DNA from: Hyphomicrobiales bacterium
GTDB taxonomy: Bacteria > Pseudomonadota > Alphaproteobacteria > Rhizobiales > Xanthobacteraceae
Assembly: GCA_038206695.1 (NCBI GenBank)
Contig: JBBRAN010000013.1
Coordinates: 662-64,661, forward strand
DNA length: 64,000 nucleotides
Direction of reading: 5' to 3'
In this document: positions 43,448-55,019 of the stretch, one piece after another
Layout of the letters: every line of letters begins with the position of its first letter
How positions within the stretch are numbered: the first letter of the stretch is position 1
The notes under the pieces: model-generated
Seen by the model: only the letters and a program-made list of their open reading frames with translations
Database searches by the model: none
What the model was told of the DNA's origin: nothing
Program-made: the position numbers and the translations under genes

Positions 43448-45118
43448 TCAGCTTGCGGCCCTGATCAGGCGCTCGGCGGCGGCGCGCGCCTCATTGGTGA
43501 TCTCGGCGCCGGCCAGCATGCGGGCGATTTCCTCGCGCCGGCGCGGCGCCTCGAGCTCGGTGACGCGGGTGGCGACCCGCTTGCCCTTGTCGAGCGCGTC
43601 CTTGCTGATGAGATAATGCCGGCTGGCGCGCGCCGCGACCTGCGGGGCATGGGTGACGGCCAGCACCTGGACGCCGGCGGCGAGATCGGCGAGCCGCGCG
43701 CCGATCGCATCAGCGACCGCGCCGCCCACCCCTGTGTCGATTTCGTCGAATACCAAAGTCGGCGCCGAGCCGCGGTCGGCCAGCACCACCTTAAGCGCCA
43801 GCAGGAAACGCGCGAGCTCGCCGCCGGAGGCGACCTTCATCAGGGGCCCCGGCCGAGTGCCCGGATTGGTTTGCACCCAGAATTCCATGCGGTCGATGCC
43901 GGACGGACCGGCGGCGGCCTCGTCGCTGACCAGTTCGGTGGAGAATTTGGCGCGTTCGAGCTTGAGCGGGCCGAGCTCGCCATTGACGGCCTTGTCGAGC
44001 TTGGCAGCGGCGCTCTTGCGCGCCTTGGAGAGCGCCAGCGCGGCGGCGCGGTAGGCGGCCTCCGCCTGCCCGGCGGCCGCCAGCAGCGTTTTGAGCTTGT
44101 CCTCGCCGGCGTCGATCAGTGTGATGTCGGCATTGTACTTCTGCGCCAGCGCGGCGAGCTCGTCGACCGGCGCATTGTATTTGCGCCCGGCCGCGCGCAG
44201 CGCGAAAAGCCGTTCCTCGTTCCTCTCGAGTTCGGCCGGATCGAAGTCGGCGGCGCGCAGCGCGGCTTCGAGGTGAACGCGGGTTTCCTCCAGCGCGTTG
44301 AGCGCCGCGTCGAGCGACTTGACCGCGGGCTCGAGCAGTTGCGGAGCCTGCGGCACGCGGCGCTCGAGACGGCGGATCGTGCCGGACAGCGCCGGTACCG
44401 CGGAATCCGTTCCGGCGACGACGTCGAAGGCCTCGCGCAGGTCCTCGGTGACCTTTTCCCCCTGCATCATCACCGCGCGCCGGTCGGCGAGCGCGGTTTC
44501 CTCGCCGCCTTGCGGGGCGAGCCTGTTCAGCTCCTCGACGGCGTGGCGCAGCCAGTCGCTCTCGCGCCGCGCGCGCTCGACCTCGGCGCGATGCGCGGCG
44601 GCGGCATCGGCGGCGGCGCGCCGCGCCTCCCACAGCGCCTCGACCTTGGCGGCGTCGGCCTCGAGGCCGGCGAAGGCGTCGAGCAGCCGGCGATGCGTGG
44701 CGGCATCGACCAGAGCGCGGTCGTCGTGCTGGCCGTGGATCTCGACCAAAGCCTCGCCGAGCTGCTTGAGAATCTGCACGCTGACCGGCTGGTCGTTGAC
44801 GAAAGCGCGGGTGCGGCCGTCGGCGAACTGGACGCGGCGCAGGATCAATTCATCTTCGGCGTCGATGCCGGCGGCCTTGAGCAGCGCGCGCACCGGATGC
44901 TTGCGACCGACCTCGAAAGCGGCGGTCACCTGGCCATGCGCGACGCCGTGGCGCACCAGCGCGACGTCGCCCCGCGCGCCGAGCGCCAGGGCAAACGAAT
45001 CGAGCAGGATCGACTTGCCGGCGCCGGTTTCGCCCGTCAGGACGGCAAGGCCGTCGGCGAAATCGATGTCGAGACGGTCGATCAGTACGATGTCGCGGAT
45101 GGAAAGCCGGGAAAGCAT
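43448..45118 (-). CDS. recN: DNA repair protein RecN
   Basis: TGETGAGKS, HGQHD, SGGE, FDEID, EIARML. Confidence 0.97.
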   Translation of the reverse strand: MLSRLSIRDIVLIDRLDIDFADGLAVLTGETGAGKSILLDSFALALGARGDVALVRHGVAHGQVTAAFEVGRKHPVRALLKAAGIDAEDELILRRVQFADGRTRAFVNDQPVSVQILKQLGEALVEIHGQHDDRALVDAATHRRLLDAFAGLEADAAKVEALWEARRAAADAAAAHRAEVERARRESDWLRHAVEELNRLAPQGGEETALADRRAVMMQGEKVTEDLREAFDVVAGTDSAVPALSGTIRRLERRVPQAPQLLEPAVKSLDAALNALEETRVHLEAALRAADFDPAELERNEERLFALRAAGRKYNAPVDELAALAQKYNADITLIDAGEDKLKTLLAAAGQAEAAYRAAALALSKARKSAAAKLDKAVNGELGPLKLERAKFSTELVSDEAAAGPSGIDRMEFWVQTNPGTRPGPLMKVASGGELARFLLALKVVLADRGSAPTLVFDEIDTGVGGAVADAIGARLADLAAGVQVLAVTHAPQVAARASRHYLISKDALDKGKRVATRVTELEAPRRREEIARMLAGAEITNEARAAAERLIRAAS

Positions 45119-45132
45119 GCAGAACCTCTGCC

Positions 45133-45234
45133 GTCATGATCCGCCAAAGCGGATGATCCAGTAATCGCCCGATTGGCGGTTTTTCACAAGAATCGCCGGT
45201 AGGTACTGGATGCCCCGCCGGCGCGGGGCATGAC
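45133..45234. repeat. REP/RPE-like palindromic element, copy 2
   Basis: GTCATGATCCGCCAAAGCGGATGATCCAGTA...TACTGGATGCCCCGCCGGCGCGGGGCATGAC, fills the bamD-recN spacer. Confidence 0.85.
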
Positions 45235-45245
45235 AAGGGGCTTGC

Positions 45246-46106
45246 TCAGCCCAGCCCGATCTTCTTGAAGGCTTTGGTCATCCAGGAGCCCTCGCTGGCC
45301 ACCGGTTCCTTGCCGCCCGATTTCACCAGATTGTAGGCGTCCTTGTACCAGGGACTTTCCGGGAAATTGTGCCCCAGCACGGCCGCCGCGGTCTGCGCTT
45401 CCTGGATGATGCCGAGCGACATGTACGCTTCGGTGAGCCGCATCAGCGCTTCCTCGACGTGGCGGGTGGTCTGATACTGGGTCACCACCACCTTGAAGCG
45501 GTTGATCGCGCCGGTGAAGTCCTTGCGCTCCATGTAATAGCGCCCGACCGCCATCTCCTTGCCGGCGAGCTGGTCGCGCGCCACGGCGATCTTCTGCTTG
45601 GCGCTGGTCGCATATTCGCTGGTCGGATATTTGCGCGACACTTCCTCGAGCGCCGTCAGGGCCTTTTCGGTGCGGGCCTGATCCCGGGTGATGTCGGGAA
45701 TTTCGTCGTAATAGGACGAGCCGATCAGATACTGGGCGTAGGCGGCATCCGGGCTGCCGGGATGCAGTGTGACATAGCGCTTTGCCGCGCTGATCGAGTC
45801 TTCATAGGAACCCGCCTGGTAATAGGCGAATGACGACATGATGAGCGACTTGCGCGCCCATTCCGAATACGGGTGCTGGCGGTCGACTTCCTCGAATTTC
45901 TTCGCGGCGCCCTTTGGGTCGCTCTTCTCGTTGAGGAGGTAGAGGCCCTGATTGTAGAGCCGGTCGGCCGGCTCGTCGGGCGCCACTTCGTCCTTGTTGA
46001 ACAAACTACAGGCCGGCAAAGCCGCGGCGATCACGACGACAGCCAAAGCCCGCGCCAAGGCGCGTGCCCGCCAACCAGTGCGATGGGGCCTGTGCAGCGA
46101 CGTCAT
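45246..46106 (-). CDS. bamD: Outer membrane assembly lipoprotein BamD
   Basis: Lipobox LPAC, TPR pattern HPYSEWA, RDQ, LAGKEM.VGRYY. Confidence 0.95.
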   Translation of the reverse strand: MTSLHRPHRTGWRARALARALAVVVIAAALPACSLFNKDEVAPDEPADRLYNQGLYLLNEKSDPKGAAKKFEEVDRQHPYSEWARKSLIMSSFAYYQAGSYEDSISAAKRYVTLHPGSPDAAYAQYLIGSSYYDEIPDITRDQARTEKALTALEEVSRKYPTSEYATSAKQKIAVARDQLAGKEMAVGRYYMERKDFTGAINRFKVVVTQYQTTRHVEEALMRLTEAYMSLGIIQEAQTAAAVLGHNFPESPWYKDAYNLVKSGGKEPVASEGSWMTKAFKKIGLG

Positions 46107-46257
46107 GACAGTTCGAACCGGTTCCCCTGAACGCGAACGGGCGGCAAAGGCCCTTCATCCGGCGACGATTTAGCCGAATATGCGCGCTCGCGCCAAACGA
46201 TTAAGCCGGACATTCGGCCGGCATTAAGGCAGCAAAAAAGTTAAGATCGCCTGATTT

Positions 46258-47208
46258 TCAGGACACATTCGGCCCATACGCCGCGGCGGCAAGCCCGCCG
46301 GCGACGTCGGCATGGCCGCGGACGCGGCGCGGCGGCTCGGCCTCGACCACCCGCCAAGCCGACCGATCGGCCATCAAGGCCGAAAGCACGGCGTAATTGA
46401 GCCGGTGACCGCCACGCGAAGCACGATAGGCGGCCAGCAGCGGCGCCCCCGCCAAAGCGAGATCGCCCACCGCGTCGAGAATCTTGTGCCGCACGAATTC
46501 ATCGGCATAACGCAGTCCGGCCGGATTGAGCACGCGGTCTTCGGTAACGACCAGGGTGTTCTCGAACGAGGCGCCAAGCGCGTAACCGGCGCCCCACAAT
46601 TTGGCAACGTCGCGCATGAAGCCGAAAGTGCGCGCGCCCGCGATCTCGCGGCGGAATGTGTCGGGTGAAACATCGAGCGCCATCGACTGGCGGCCGATCA
46701 TCGGATTGTCGAAAACGATTTCCGCTTCGACGCGGAACCCGTGCGCATAAGGCAGCAATTCGCCGACCGACTTGTCCTGCACGACGCGGATCGGCTTGAG
46801 GACCTCGATATAGCGGCGCGGCGCGTTGAGGGTGGTGATGCCGGCCCGGTCGATCGCCACGACGAACGCCTGGGCGCTGCCGTCCATGATCGGCACTTCC
46901 GAGCCGTCGAGCTCGACCATCGCGTTATCGACGCCAAGGCCGCGCAAGGCGGCGAGCACGTGTTCGGCGGTCGAGCACAGCGGCCCGGAGGAATCGCCCA
47001 GCACGGTGGCAAATTCAGTGGCGGTGACGGCGCGGACGTCGGCGCGGATTTCGCGCTCCGGGTGCTCGGCGGTGGCGGCACGCAGGAACACGATGCCGCT
47101 GTCGGCGTCGGCAGGATGCAATGTGAGCGTGGTCGAGAGGCCGGAATGGACGCCGATGCCGAACACGGCAGTATGATCGCGCAGCGTCGTCTGCTTGGCG
47201 GCCTTCAT
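46258..47208 (-). CDS. lpxC: UDP-3-O-acyl-N-acetylglucosamine deacetylase
   Basis: QTTL, G.GVHSG, TAEHVLAAL, PIMDGS, ARTFGF, RHKILD. Confidence 0.95.
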   Translation of the reverse strand: MKAAKQTTLRDHTAVFGIGVHSGLSTTLTLHPADADSGIVFLRAATAEHPEREIRADVRAVTATEFATVLGDSSGPLCSTAEHVLAALRGLGVDNAMVELDGSEVPIMDGSAQAFVVAIDRAGITTLNAPRRYIEVLKPIRVVQDKSVGELLPYAHGFRVEAEIVFDNPMIGRQSMALDVSPDTFRREIAGARTFGFMRDVAKLWGAGYALGASFENTLVVTEDRVLNPAGLRYADEFVRHKILDAVGDLALAGAPLLAAYRASRGGHRLNYAVLSALMADRSAWRVVEAEPPRRVRGHADVAGGLAAAAYGPNVS

Positions 47209-47422
47209 TCTTGAACTTGCCCCTCCGCGCTCCCGAACCAGCCGAGCCGCGCGGCCCCAACTCAGACCCAAACGGGCCGTAATTTCCGAACTTCGTGGCA
47301 GCGACTTCCTCTTCACGGGAAGCTCTCAAAGGGAGATTGTCCCTTTCTCAACGCGAACTTAGGCCACGCGCCTAAGGTTCCCAACTCACGTTGTCTTACC
47401 GAGTATTACCTTTTTCGCCGCA

Positions 47423-47438
47423 TTTACGGGACCTTAAC
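47423..47438. promoter_or_regulatory. CtrA-like box upstream of lpxC
   Basis: TTTA-CGGGACC-TTAAC against the consensus TTAA-N7-TTAAC. Confidence 0.55.
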
Positions 47439-47558
47439 GCAGCTCAAACATGGCGTTGAGGTTACCGGCAACGACCGTGCTGCGAAAAACTCAGGCGTGG
47501 TGCCGATCCGGGCGGTTAAGAAATGGACGAAAAACAACGGTTTACGCCGGCCCTCATG

Positions 47559-47603
47559 AAAAACGGGCGCGCTGGCCGGCTGATCAGCCGGCTGGCGCGC
47601 CCG
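47559..47603 (-). terminator. Intrinsic terminator after ftsZ
   Basis: Long GC stem CGGGCGCGC...GCGCGCCCG followed by TTTTT on the minus strand. Confidence 0.75.
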
Positions 47604-47623
47604 GGCACATGTTGGTCGAGCCC

Positions 47624-49291
47624 TTAGTTGCTCTGCCGGCGCAGGAACGCCGGGATATCCAGTTGATCGTCCTCAGCCGGGTTATGCACAGGAGCGGTGC
47701 GGCCGTGCGGATCGAGCCCTTGCGGGGCGCGGCGGGCATATTCCGAGACCGGCTCGGTGCGGCGTTCCGGCGCCCGGGGCGAAGGACGCACCGGACGCTT
47801 CACGGCCGGCATCGCCGGGCGGATCGTCTGTGGCGGCGCAGGCGGCGCCGCCTCCTCGCGGCGGCCGAGACCGACCGCGGCGAGCCGCTGCATTAAGCTC
47901 ATGCGCTGGCGCTCCGGATGCTCATCAGGCAACTCGCCGTTCTGGGCGCGAAGTTCGTTCTGCGCCGGGATCGGCAACTCGTCGATGCGCGGCATACGCG
48001 GGGTGCGCACCACCGTGCGCTCCGGCGGCGGCGGGATGAACGCTGCCGGCGCCGGCACGTCGGCCTGGGCCGCGTGTTCGGGCGCCAGTTCGAACAGCGA
48101 AGGCTTCATCGGCATCGGCCGGATCGAGACATCTTCGATCGCGCTCGGCGGAAGAATGGCGGCAGCCACCGCAGCGTGCGCTGCGTTGGCGATGTGCGCA
48201 GCCGCCACGGCAGGAGCCGGCGGCGCCGTGCGTTCGATGCGCTCGGCGATCCGCTTGGTTTCGCCGCGCACCTTGCTCACGGCGTCGGCCATCCTGGTTT
48301 CAGCGGACGGACGCTGGCCGATCATAGCGTGGTCGATGCCGGTCGCCACCACCGAAACGCGAATGATGCCCTCGAGGCTTTCGTCGAAGGTGGCGCCGAC
48401 GATGATGTTGGCGTCCTGATCGACTTCCTCACGAATGCGGGTGGCGGCTTCGTCGACCTCGTAGAGCGTGAGATCCTTGCCGCCCGTGATGGAGATCAGC
48501 AGGCCCTTGGCCCCCTTCATCGAGGCGTCGTCGATCAGCGGATTGGCGATCGCCGCCTCGGCGGCGGTAATCGCGCGCTTCTCGCCGGACGCTTCGCCGG
48601 TGCCCATCATGGCCTTGCCCATCTCTTTCATCACCGCGCGCACGTCGGCGAAGTCGAGATTGATCAGGCCTTCCTTGACCATCAGATCGGTGATGCACGC
48701 GACACCCGAGTACAGCACCTGATCGGCCATCGCGAAGGCGTCGGCAAACGTCGTCTTTTCGTTGGCGACGCGGAACAGGTTCTGGTTCGGGATGATCAGC
48801 AGCGTATCGACGACCTTTTGCAGCTCGGCGATGCCGGCTTCGGCATAGCGCATGCGCCGCGTGCCTTCGAACTGGAACGGCTTGGTGACGACGCCGACCG
48901 TGAGGATGCCAAGCTCCTTGGCGACCTTCGCCACGACCGGCGCGGCGCCGGTGCCCGTTCCGCCACCCATGCCGGCGGTGACGAACACCATGTGCGCGCC
49001 GGTGAGGTGATCGCGGATTTCGTCGATCGCCTCCTCGGCGGCGGCGCGGCCAACCTCAGGCTGCGAGCCGGCGCCGAGGCCTTCGGTAACCTGCGCGCCC
49101 ATCTGCACGATGCGCTCGGCTTTCGAGGAAGTCAGCGCTTGCGCGTCGGTATTGGCGACGACGAAGTCGATGCCCTGCAGGCCGGCGGAGATCATGTTGT
49201 TGACGGCGTTGCCGCCGGCGCCGCCTACCCCGAACACGGTTATTCTGGGTTTCATCTCACGAATGTCCGGGATTTTCAGATTGATGCTCAT
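47624..49291 (-). CDS. ftsZ: Cell division protein FtsZ (long alphaproteobacterial linker)
   Basis: [32 protein letters not shown]. Confidence 0.99.
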   Translation of the reverse strand: MSINLKIPDIREMKPRITVFGVGGAGGNAVNNMISAGLQGIDFVVANTDAQALTSSKAERIVQMGAQVTEGLGAGSQPEVGRAAAEEAIDEIRDHLTGAHMVFVTAGMGGGTGTGAAPVVAKVAKELGILTVGVVTKPFQFEGTRRMRYAEAGIAELQKVVDTLLIIPNQNLFRVANEKTTFADAFAMADQVLYSGVACITDLMVKEGLINLDFADVRAVMKEMGKAMMGTGEASGEKRAITAAEAAIANPLIDDASMKGAKGLLISITGGKDLTLYEVDEAATRIREEVDQDANIIVGATFDESLEGIIRVSVVATGIDHAMIGQRPSAETRMADAVSKVRGETKRIAERIERTAPPAPAVAAAHIANAAHAAVAAAILPPSAIEDVSIRPMPMKPSLFELAPEHAAQADVPAPAAFIPPPPERTVVRTPRMPRIDELPIPAQNELRAQNGELPDEHPERQRMSLMQRLAAVGLGRREEAAPPAPPQTIRPAMPAVKRPVRPSPRAPERRTEPVSEYARRAPQGLDPHGRTAPVHNPAEDDQLDIPAFLRRQSN

Positions 49292-49385
49292 GGGTTGCCT
49301 CTGTGATTTCGGCGTGCGAACGCCTTCGAGCGCCAGGAAGCGCAGCCGGTCCGCCGCCGGTGCGCTGGGGTTTCTCGGGTTTGGG

Positions 49386-50708
49386 TCAGAAGCTTTCGCG
49401 CAGCCATCGTCCGACCTTTGCCATGTAGCCGCCTGTTCCCGTCATCAATTGCCGCGTTCGCCGCGGTTCGAAGTGTTCAAGATGCGCCGCTTGTGGGTAG
49501 ACGAGCAGACCGGCCGCCACGGCAAAGGCCGGTCCTTTGGCCGCGTCGGGCAATCCGGCGACCCCGAGAGGCCGCCCGATGCGCACCGGCCGGTTGAGAA
49601 TGCGTGAGGCCAGATCGGCGAGCCCCGCGAGCTGGCTGCCGCCGCCGGTAAGCACGACACGCGCGCGCGGCTCCGCCGCGAACGGCGAGACCGCGAGACG
49701 ATCGCGCACCATTTCCAGAATCTCTTCGACGCGCGGCTTGATGATCCGCACTAAAGTCTCCCTGGATACAAATTGCGGCGGCTCGCGGTCGTCGTCCTCG
49801 ACCGGAGGAACTGTGATCATGTCACGGTCATCCGAACCACCAGCCAAAACACTGCCATAAAACGTTTTGATTCGCTCGGCGTCCGCGATGCGGGTGTTAA
49901 GACCTCGGGCCAGATCCATGGTGACGTGGGAGCCGCCGAGGGCGAAACCCTCGGCATGGACGAATCGGCCCCCGGAAAACACCGCCAGAGTGGTGGTCCC
50001 GGCCCCCAGATCGATGGTGGCGGCGCCCAGGTCGGCCTCGTCGTCGGCCAAAACCGCCAAACCGGCCACATAGGGCGAGGCCACCATGGCCTCGACCGAC
50101 AGGTGGCTGCGTTCGACCGTCAGCATCAGGTTGCGGGCGGTCGCCACCTCGCCGGTCACCATATGCATGTCGACCGAGAACCGGCGGCCCAGCATGCCGC
50201 GCGGGTTGCGGATGCCGCCGGCGGCGTCGAGCGCGTAGGCGACCGGCAGCGAATGCAGAACGGCGCGGCCGTCGCGTACCGAATGCCGGGAGGCGGCGGC
50301 CAGCACGCGGGCAATATCGCCATCGGTGACGCTGCCGCCATTGAGGTCGATGCCGGCCTTGAACAACTCGCTGCCGATGCGGCCGCCCGACAGCGACACC
50401 ACGACCGATTCAAGCTGGACGTTGGCCTGGCGCTCGGCGAGGTCGATGGCGTGGCGCACCATCTGCTCGCACGCCACCAGATCGACGACCGCGCCGGCCT
50501 TCATACCCCGCGCTGCGGTGTGGCCGAAGCCGAGCACGCGCACGCCGTGGCTTCTTCGCCGCAGCACGTCCTGGGGCGGATGCGGCTCGAGCCGCGCCAC
50601 CAGGCAGACGACCTTGCTGGTGCCGATGTCGAGCGCGGCGACCGCGGCCGCGCGGCGCGGCGACACCGGCTTCATCTTCGGCGTCAGGCCAAAGCGGAGA
50701 ACGGTCAC
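49386..50708 (-). CDS. ftsA: Cell division protein FtsA
   Basis: LDIGTSK, DLGAGTT, AERIK, VLTGGGS, C-terminal amphipathic WLRESF. Confidence 0.96.
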   Translation of the reverse strand: MTVLRFGLTPKMKPVSPRRAAAVAALDIGTSKVVCLVARLEPHPPQDVLRRRSHGVRVLGFGHTAARGMKAGAVVDLVACEQMVRHAIDLAERQANVQLESVVVSLSGGRIGSELFKAGIDLNGGSVTDGDIARVLAAASRHSVRDGRAVLHSLPVAYALDAAGGIRNPRGMLGRRFSVDMHMVTGEVATARNLMLTVERSHLSVEAMVASPYVAGLAVLADDEADLGAATIDLGAGTTTLAVFSGGRFVHAEGFALGGSHVTMDLARGLNTRIADAERIKTFYGSVLAGGSDDRDMITVPPVEDDDREPPQFVSRETLVRIIKPRVEEILEMVRDRLAVSPFAAEPRARVVLTGGGSQLAGLADLASRILNRPVRIGRPLGVAGLPDAAKGPAFAVAAGLLVYPQAAHLEHFEPRRTRQLMTGTGGYMAKVGRWLRESF

Positions 50709-51652
50709 GCTTCGCTCCCCTTCTTCCTGACCTTCTGCTTTTTCATCAGGTCTTTCACGGCGTCTTCGCGAGCCTGCGCGGCGCCGTCCGACAGACGCAC
50801 CGTGACGCGATCGGCCAGCCGCAGGTCGACTGCCGTGATGTCGCGCGACAGCAGTTTCTTGTCGCGGTCGAGCCGCACCAGAGTTTGCAGCGCGGTTTCC
50901 ACGTCGTTTTCCGGCAGCCGCACATCGATGCCGCTCTTGAGCCGCAAATTCCAGCGCCGGTCGGCTACGCGCACCGATGCCTCGACGATGTCGCGCAGCA
51001 CCGGATAGCTATCGATCAGCGCCAGGAAATCGCGGGCCTTGGCCTGCGCGCCCTGGCCGACCACCAGCGGTAATTCGACAAAGCGCGCGCCGGTGAAGGG
51101 TTCGAGTACGGTGCCGTCGCCGGCGATCACATTGACCTCGCCGTCGTTCTGCCACAGCGCGAGCGCGGCGCGCGGCGTGATCTCGATCTGCAGGCGACTG
51201 GGATAAAGCTTGAGCACCGTGGCGTCGGCGATCCAGGGATCGGTTTTGAGCTTGGCGCGCGCCGCGGCGGCATCGAGGCACAGCAGCGACGAGCCGCGCG
51301 TCAGCCCCGCTCGCGCCAACAGATCGTCGCGCGACCATTGCGTGCCGCCGCGCAGCGACATGGTCGAAATGCCGAGCCCGGCGTGATTGGCGACATGATC
51401 GCAGACATTATGCAGCTCGTCGGCCAGCGCATCGAGATGGCCGCCACGCACCACGCCGTAGGCCGAGGTCCCGGCCAGCAGCATCCCGGCAGCCAGCGCG
51501 CCAATGCCGCGCGGCGGATCGAGGTCGTACAGCGGCGACAGCAGGCGGCGGAAAAGGCGTTGCACGCGGGTCAGGCGAGAGGCGGCGCCATCAAGCAAAG
51601 TTCGAGCGGGGATCGAAATCAGCGATTGAGCGAGGCGTCCTCGATCATCCAT
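50705..51652 (-). CDS. ftsQ: Cell division protein FtsQ
   Basis: TM helix, POTRA domain PWIADA..KLYP, RRWNL, VDLR; lies between ddl and ftsA. Confidence 0.92.
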   Translation of the reverse strand: MDDRGRLAQSLISIPARTLLDGAASRLTRVQRLFRRLLSPLYDLDPPRGIGALAAGMLLAGTSAYGVVRGGHLDALADELHNVCDHVANHAGLGISTMSLRGGTQWSRDDLLARAGLTRGSSLLCLDAAAARAKLKTDPWIADATVLKLYPSRLQIEITPRAALALWQNDGEVNVIAGDGTVLEPFTGARFVELPLVVGQGAQAKARDFLALIDSYPVLRDIVEASVRVADRRWNLRLKSGIDVRLPENDVETALQTLVRLDRDKKLLSRDITAVDLRLADRVTVRLSDGAAQAREDAVKDLMKKQKVRKKGSEA

Positions 51653-52536
51653 CGAACCAGCTCTTCAAACGTTATGCCCGTATGGGCCGCCAGCTCTGGC
51701 ACAAGCGAGGTCTGCGTCATGCCCGGTTGAGTGTTCACCTCCAGGCATACAAGTCCCCTTGTCCCCTCGAGGCTGTCGTCGTAGCGGAAGTCCGCGCGCG
51801 TCACCCCGCGGCAGCCCAGCGCGCGATGCGCCGCCAAGGTCAATCTGCGGGCCTCTTGGTAAACAATTGGTAAAACCGGTGCTGGCACCACGTGTTTTGA
51901 GCCGCCCGGCGCGTATTTCGCCTCGTAATCGTAGAATTTGACGGTCGGCACGATCTCGATCACGTCCAAGGCCCGGTCGCCCATCACCGCGCAGGTCAGT
52001 TCCTTGCCGGGGATGTAGGTCTCGGCCAGCACGCGATCGCCGTATGCCCAGTCCGGCCGATTGAGCTCCTGCGGCGGATGGGCGTGGTCCTTCTGCACGA
52101 TGAAGACGCCGACGCTCGAGCCCTCGGCGATCGGCTTGATGACATAAGGCGGCGCCATGACGTGCGCCTTCGCCGCCTCGAAGCGCGACACGACCTTGCC
52201 GTCCGGAACGGGCACGCCGGCCGCCGCCAGCAGCGGCTTCGCCATGTCTTTCTGCATCGCGATCGCAGACGCCAGCACGCCGGAGTGCGTGTAGGGAATG
52301 CCGAGAATTTCCAGCATGCCTTGCAGCGTGCCGTCCTCGCCGGGGCGGCCGTGCAGGACATTGAGCGCGACATCGGGCTTGAGCTTGCGGAGCACCGCGG
52401 CGATCTCGCGCTCGACGTCGACGCGAGTGACACGATAGCCCGCCCTTTCCGCGGCCGCGGCGCAGGCTTCGCCCGAGTTCAGCGAGACCTCGCGCTCCGC
52501 CGACCAGCCGCCCATCAGAACCGCGACGTGTTTCAT
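51619..52536 (-). CDS. ddl: D-alanine-D-alanine ligase
   Basis: GGWSAEREVS, LHG.PGEDG, EGSSVG, YDYEAKY, EVNTQPG. Confidence 0.97.
   Translation of the reverse strand: MKHVAVLMGGWSAEREVSLNSGEACAAAAERAGYRVTRVDVEREIAAVLRKLKPDVALNVLHGRPGEDGTLQGMLEILGIPYTHSGVLASAIAMQKDMAKPLLAAAGVPVPDGKVVSRFEAAKAHVMAPPYVIKPIAEGSSVGVFIVQKDHAHPPQELNRPDWAYGDRVLAETYIPGKELTCAVMGDRALDVIEIVPTVKFYDYEAKYAPGGSKHVVPAPVLPIVYQEARRLTLAAHRALGCRGVTRADFRYDDSLEGTRGLVCLEVNTQPGMTQTSLVPELAAHTGITFEELVRWMIEDASLNR
51859..51874 (-). promoter_or_regulatory. CtrA-like box inside ddl, upstream of ftsQ
   Basis: Minus strand TTTA-CCAATTG-TTTAC within an AT-rich codon patch. Confidence 0.5.
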
Positions 52537-52549
52537 GATTTTTTCCGCC

Positions 52550-52595
52550 GCATCATCTTATCCGAAAACCCGGTGCACACCTTGCGGGATCAAGC
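52550..52595. repeat. Degenerate short palindromic repeat (rhizobial RIME/REP-like type)
   Basis: GCATCATCTTATCCGAAAACCCGGTGCACACCTTGCGGGATCAAGC resembles the GCATGATC.....GAAAA...CCGGT...TTTTC...GATCATGC family recalled from related genomes; overlaps the murB stop. Confidence 0.5.
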
Positions 52596-53507
52596 GGGTA
52601 CGCCAATTCTCTTAATTTCCCATTCCAGCTCGATGCCGGACTTCGCCTTGACGCGCTCGCGCACCGTTTCGCCCAATTTCTCGATGTCGCTTGCGCTCGC
52701 CTCGCCGAGATTGATCAGGAAATTGCAATGCAGCTCGGACACCTGCGCGCCGCCGACGGCAAGGCCGCGGCAGCCGGCGGCGTCGATCAATTCCCAGGCT
52801 TTATGGCCGGGCGGGTTCTTGAAGGTCGAACCGCCGGTGCGGCTCTTGATCGGCTGCGTCGCCTCGCGCGACTCCGTGATCTTGTCCATCTCCGCGCTGA
52901 TCGCGGCCTTGTCCCCGGCTTCGCCATGAAACAACGCCTGCGTGAAGATGAAGTCCTCGGGCGTGCCGCTGTGGCGATATTTGAAGCCCATGTCGGCGTT
53001 GCTCAGGACGTGGATGTTGCCGGCGCGATCGACCACCCTCGCCTCGATCAGCGCGTCCTTGGTCTCGCCGCCATAGGCGCCGCCATTCATCTTGAGCGCG
53101 CCGCCGATCGAGCCGGGAATGCCGCGCAGGAACGACAGGCCGGCAATGCCGGCCTCCTGGGCCGCGCGCGCCACCTTGACGTCAGGCAGACTGGCGCCGG
53201 CGCGAACATTGGTGCCTTCGAGCGTAATTTCGTTGAAGCCGCGGCCGAGCCGGATCACCACGCCGGCGACCCCGCCATCGCGCACGATCAGGTTGGAGCC
53301 GAGGCCGACCACCGTGACCGGCGTGTCGGCGGGGCAGTGTTGCAGGAAATAAGCGAGATCGCTCTCGTCGTCCGGCATCAGGAACGCCTGCGCCGGCCCG
53401 CCGACGCGAAACCAGGTCAATTCCTTGAGCGACTGGTCGGCGAGCAGCCGGCCGCGCAGCTTCGGCATCCTGGCCTTCAGCGCGCCGACAATGTCGGGAA
53501 AGCTCAT
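52590..53507 (-). CDS. murB: UDP-N-acetylmuramate dehydrogenase
   Basis: [39 protein letters not shown]. Confidence 0.97.
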   Translation of the reverse strand: MSFPDIVGALKARMPKLRGRLLADQSLKELTWFRVGGPAQAFLMPDDESDLAYFLQHCPADTPVTVVGLGSNLIVRDGGVAGVVIRLGRGFNEITLEGTNVRAGASLPDVKVARAAQEAGIAGLSFLRGIPGSIGGALKMNGGAYGGETKDALIEARVVDRAGNIHVLSNADMGFKYRHSGTPEDFIFTQALFHGEAGDKAAISAEMDKITESREATQPIKSRTGGSTFKNPPGHKAWELIDAAGCRGLAVGGAQVSELHCNFLINLGEASASDIEKLGETVRERVKAKSGIELEWEIKRIGVPA

Positions 53508-53515
53508 CGCTTCGC

Positions 53516-54916
53516 TCACAACGCCTTCAGTTCGCCGGGCAGCGCATAGGCCCACTGCGTGATATTGCCGGCGCCGAGCAGCACGACGTAATCGCCCGGC
53601 TTCGCCAGTCCCTTGACGATGCCGGCAAGCTTTTCCGGCCCGTCGAGCGGGATGACCTGGCGGTGTCCGCGTGCCCGCATCGCCGCCACCAGATGATCGC
53701 GGTCGGCGCCCTCGATCGGCGCCTCACCGGCAGGATAGACATTGGCGACGATCACGGCGTCGGCGTCGTTGAAGCAGGTCGAGAACGGCTCGAACAAGGT
53801 CTTGAGCCGCGTATAGCGATGCGGCTGCACCACCGCGATGACCTGCGTCTTGGTCGATTCCCGCGCCGCCTTGAGCACGGCGGCGATCTCGACCGGATGA
53901 TGGCCATAGTCGTCGATGATGGTCGCGCCGTTCCATTCGCCGACCCGCGTGAAGCGCCGCTTGACCCCGCCGAACTTGGCCAGCGCGGAGCGGATCTTGT
54001 CGTCGGCGACGCCCAGTTCATGCGCCACCGCGATAGCCGAGGTGGCGTTGAGCGCGTTGTGGCGGCCCGGCATCGGCAGCGTGAGATCCTTTATCGCGTG
54101 GATTTCCTTGCCGTCGCGGTCGCGAAACAGCACCGTGAAGCGCTGCGTGCCGCCGGTATTGTCGAGGTCGACGAGGCGCACGTCGGCCTGCGCGTTTTCA
54201 CCGTAGGTGATGATGCGCCGGTCGGTGATCCGCCCGACTAGGCGTTGCACGATCGGATGATCGGTGCACATCACGGCAAAGCCGTAGAACGGCACATTGC
54301 CGACAAAATCGACGAACGCTTCCTGCACCGCCTGAAAAGTCTTGAAATGGTCGAGGTGCTCGGCATCGACATTGGTGACGATGGCAATGTCGGCCGGCAG
54401 CTTGAGGAATGTGCCGTCGGATTCGTCGGCCTCGACCACCATCCAGTCGCCGGCGCCAAGCCGCGCATTGGTGCCGTAGGCGTTGATGATGCCGCCATTG
54501 ATCACGGTGGGGTCGAAGCCGGCGGCATCCAGCAACGCGGCGACCATCGAGGTGGTCGTTGTCTTGCCGTGCGTACCGGCGATGGCGACGCAGCTTTTGA
54601 GCCGCATCAGCTCGGCCAGCATCTCGGCGCGGCGCACGATCGGCAGCCGCGCGGCGCGCGCCGCCACCAGTTCCGGGTTGTCCGGCTTGATGGCCGATGA
54701 CACCACCACGACGTCGGCACCGTCGAGATTTTCGGCCTTGTGACCGACGGCGACCTTGACGCCCTTCTCGCGCAGCCGCTTGACGTTGGCACTGTCCGCA
54801 ACGTCCGAGCCGGTCACGGTGTAGCCGAGATTGACCAACACCTCGGCAATTCCGCTCATGCCGATCCCGCCGATGCCGACAAAGTGCACCGGCCCGATAT
54901 CGCGCGGTAGTTTCAT
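53516..54916 (-). CDS. murC: UDP-N-acetylmuramate-L-alanine ligase
   Basis: [30 protein letters not shown]. Confidence 0.97.
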   Translation of the reverse strand: MKLPRDIGPVHFVGIGGIGMSGIAEVLVNLGYTVTGSDVADSANVKRLREKGVKVAVGHKAENLDGADVVVVSSAIKPDNPELVAARAARLPIVRRAEMLAELMRLKSCVAIAGTHGKTTTTSMVAALLDAAGFDPTVINGGIINAYGTNARLGAGDWMVVEADESDGTFLKLPADIAIVTNVDAEHLDHFKTFQAVQEAFVDFVGNVPFYGFAVMCTDHPIVQRLVGRITDRRIITYGENAQADVRLVDLDNTGGTQRFTVLFRDRDGKEIHAIKDLTLPMPGRHNALNATSAIAVAHELGVADDKIRSALAKFGGVKRRFTRVGEWNGATIIDDYGHHPVEIAAVLKAARESTKTQVIAVVQPHRYTRLKTLFEPFSTCFNDADAVIVANVYPAGEAPIEGADRDHLVAAMRARGHRQVIPLDGPEKLAGIVKGLAKPGDYVVLLGAGNITQWAYALPGELKAL

Positions 54917-55019
54917 TGAATGTGTCGCCTCTTCATACCCAGCCGGGGCCGTAAATCGACTGCCTTCTTGTCTTTTGCAAGACGGCGGACGCCGGAGCAA
55001 GCCGGCTGGCGCAACATTG

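Noticed and set aside
46110-46140. Possible alphaproteobacterial LexA box (GTTC/GAAC repeats) upstream of bamD-recN
   Set aside because: Spacing is not the required N7 (GTTC-N6-GTTC seen)
46201-46244. Three TTAA motifs upstream of bamD as a CtrA site
   Set aside because: Spacings are 19 and 13 nt rather than 7, so these are half-sites at best
47650-48330. Long Pro/Ala-rich FtsZ C-terminal region
   Set aside because: A well-known feature of alphaproteobacterial FtsZ
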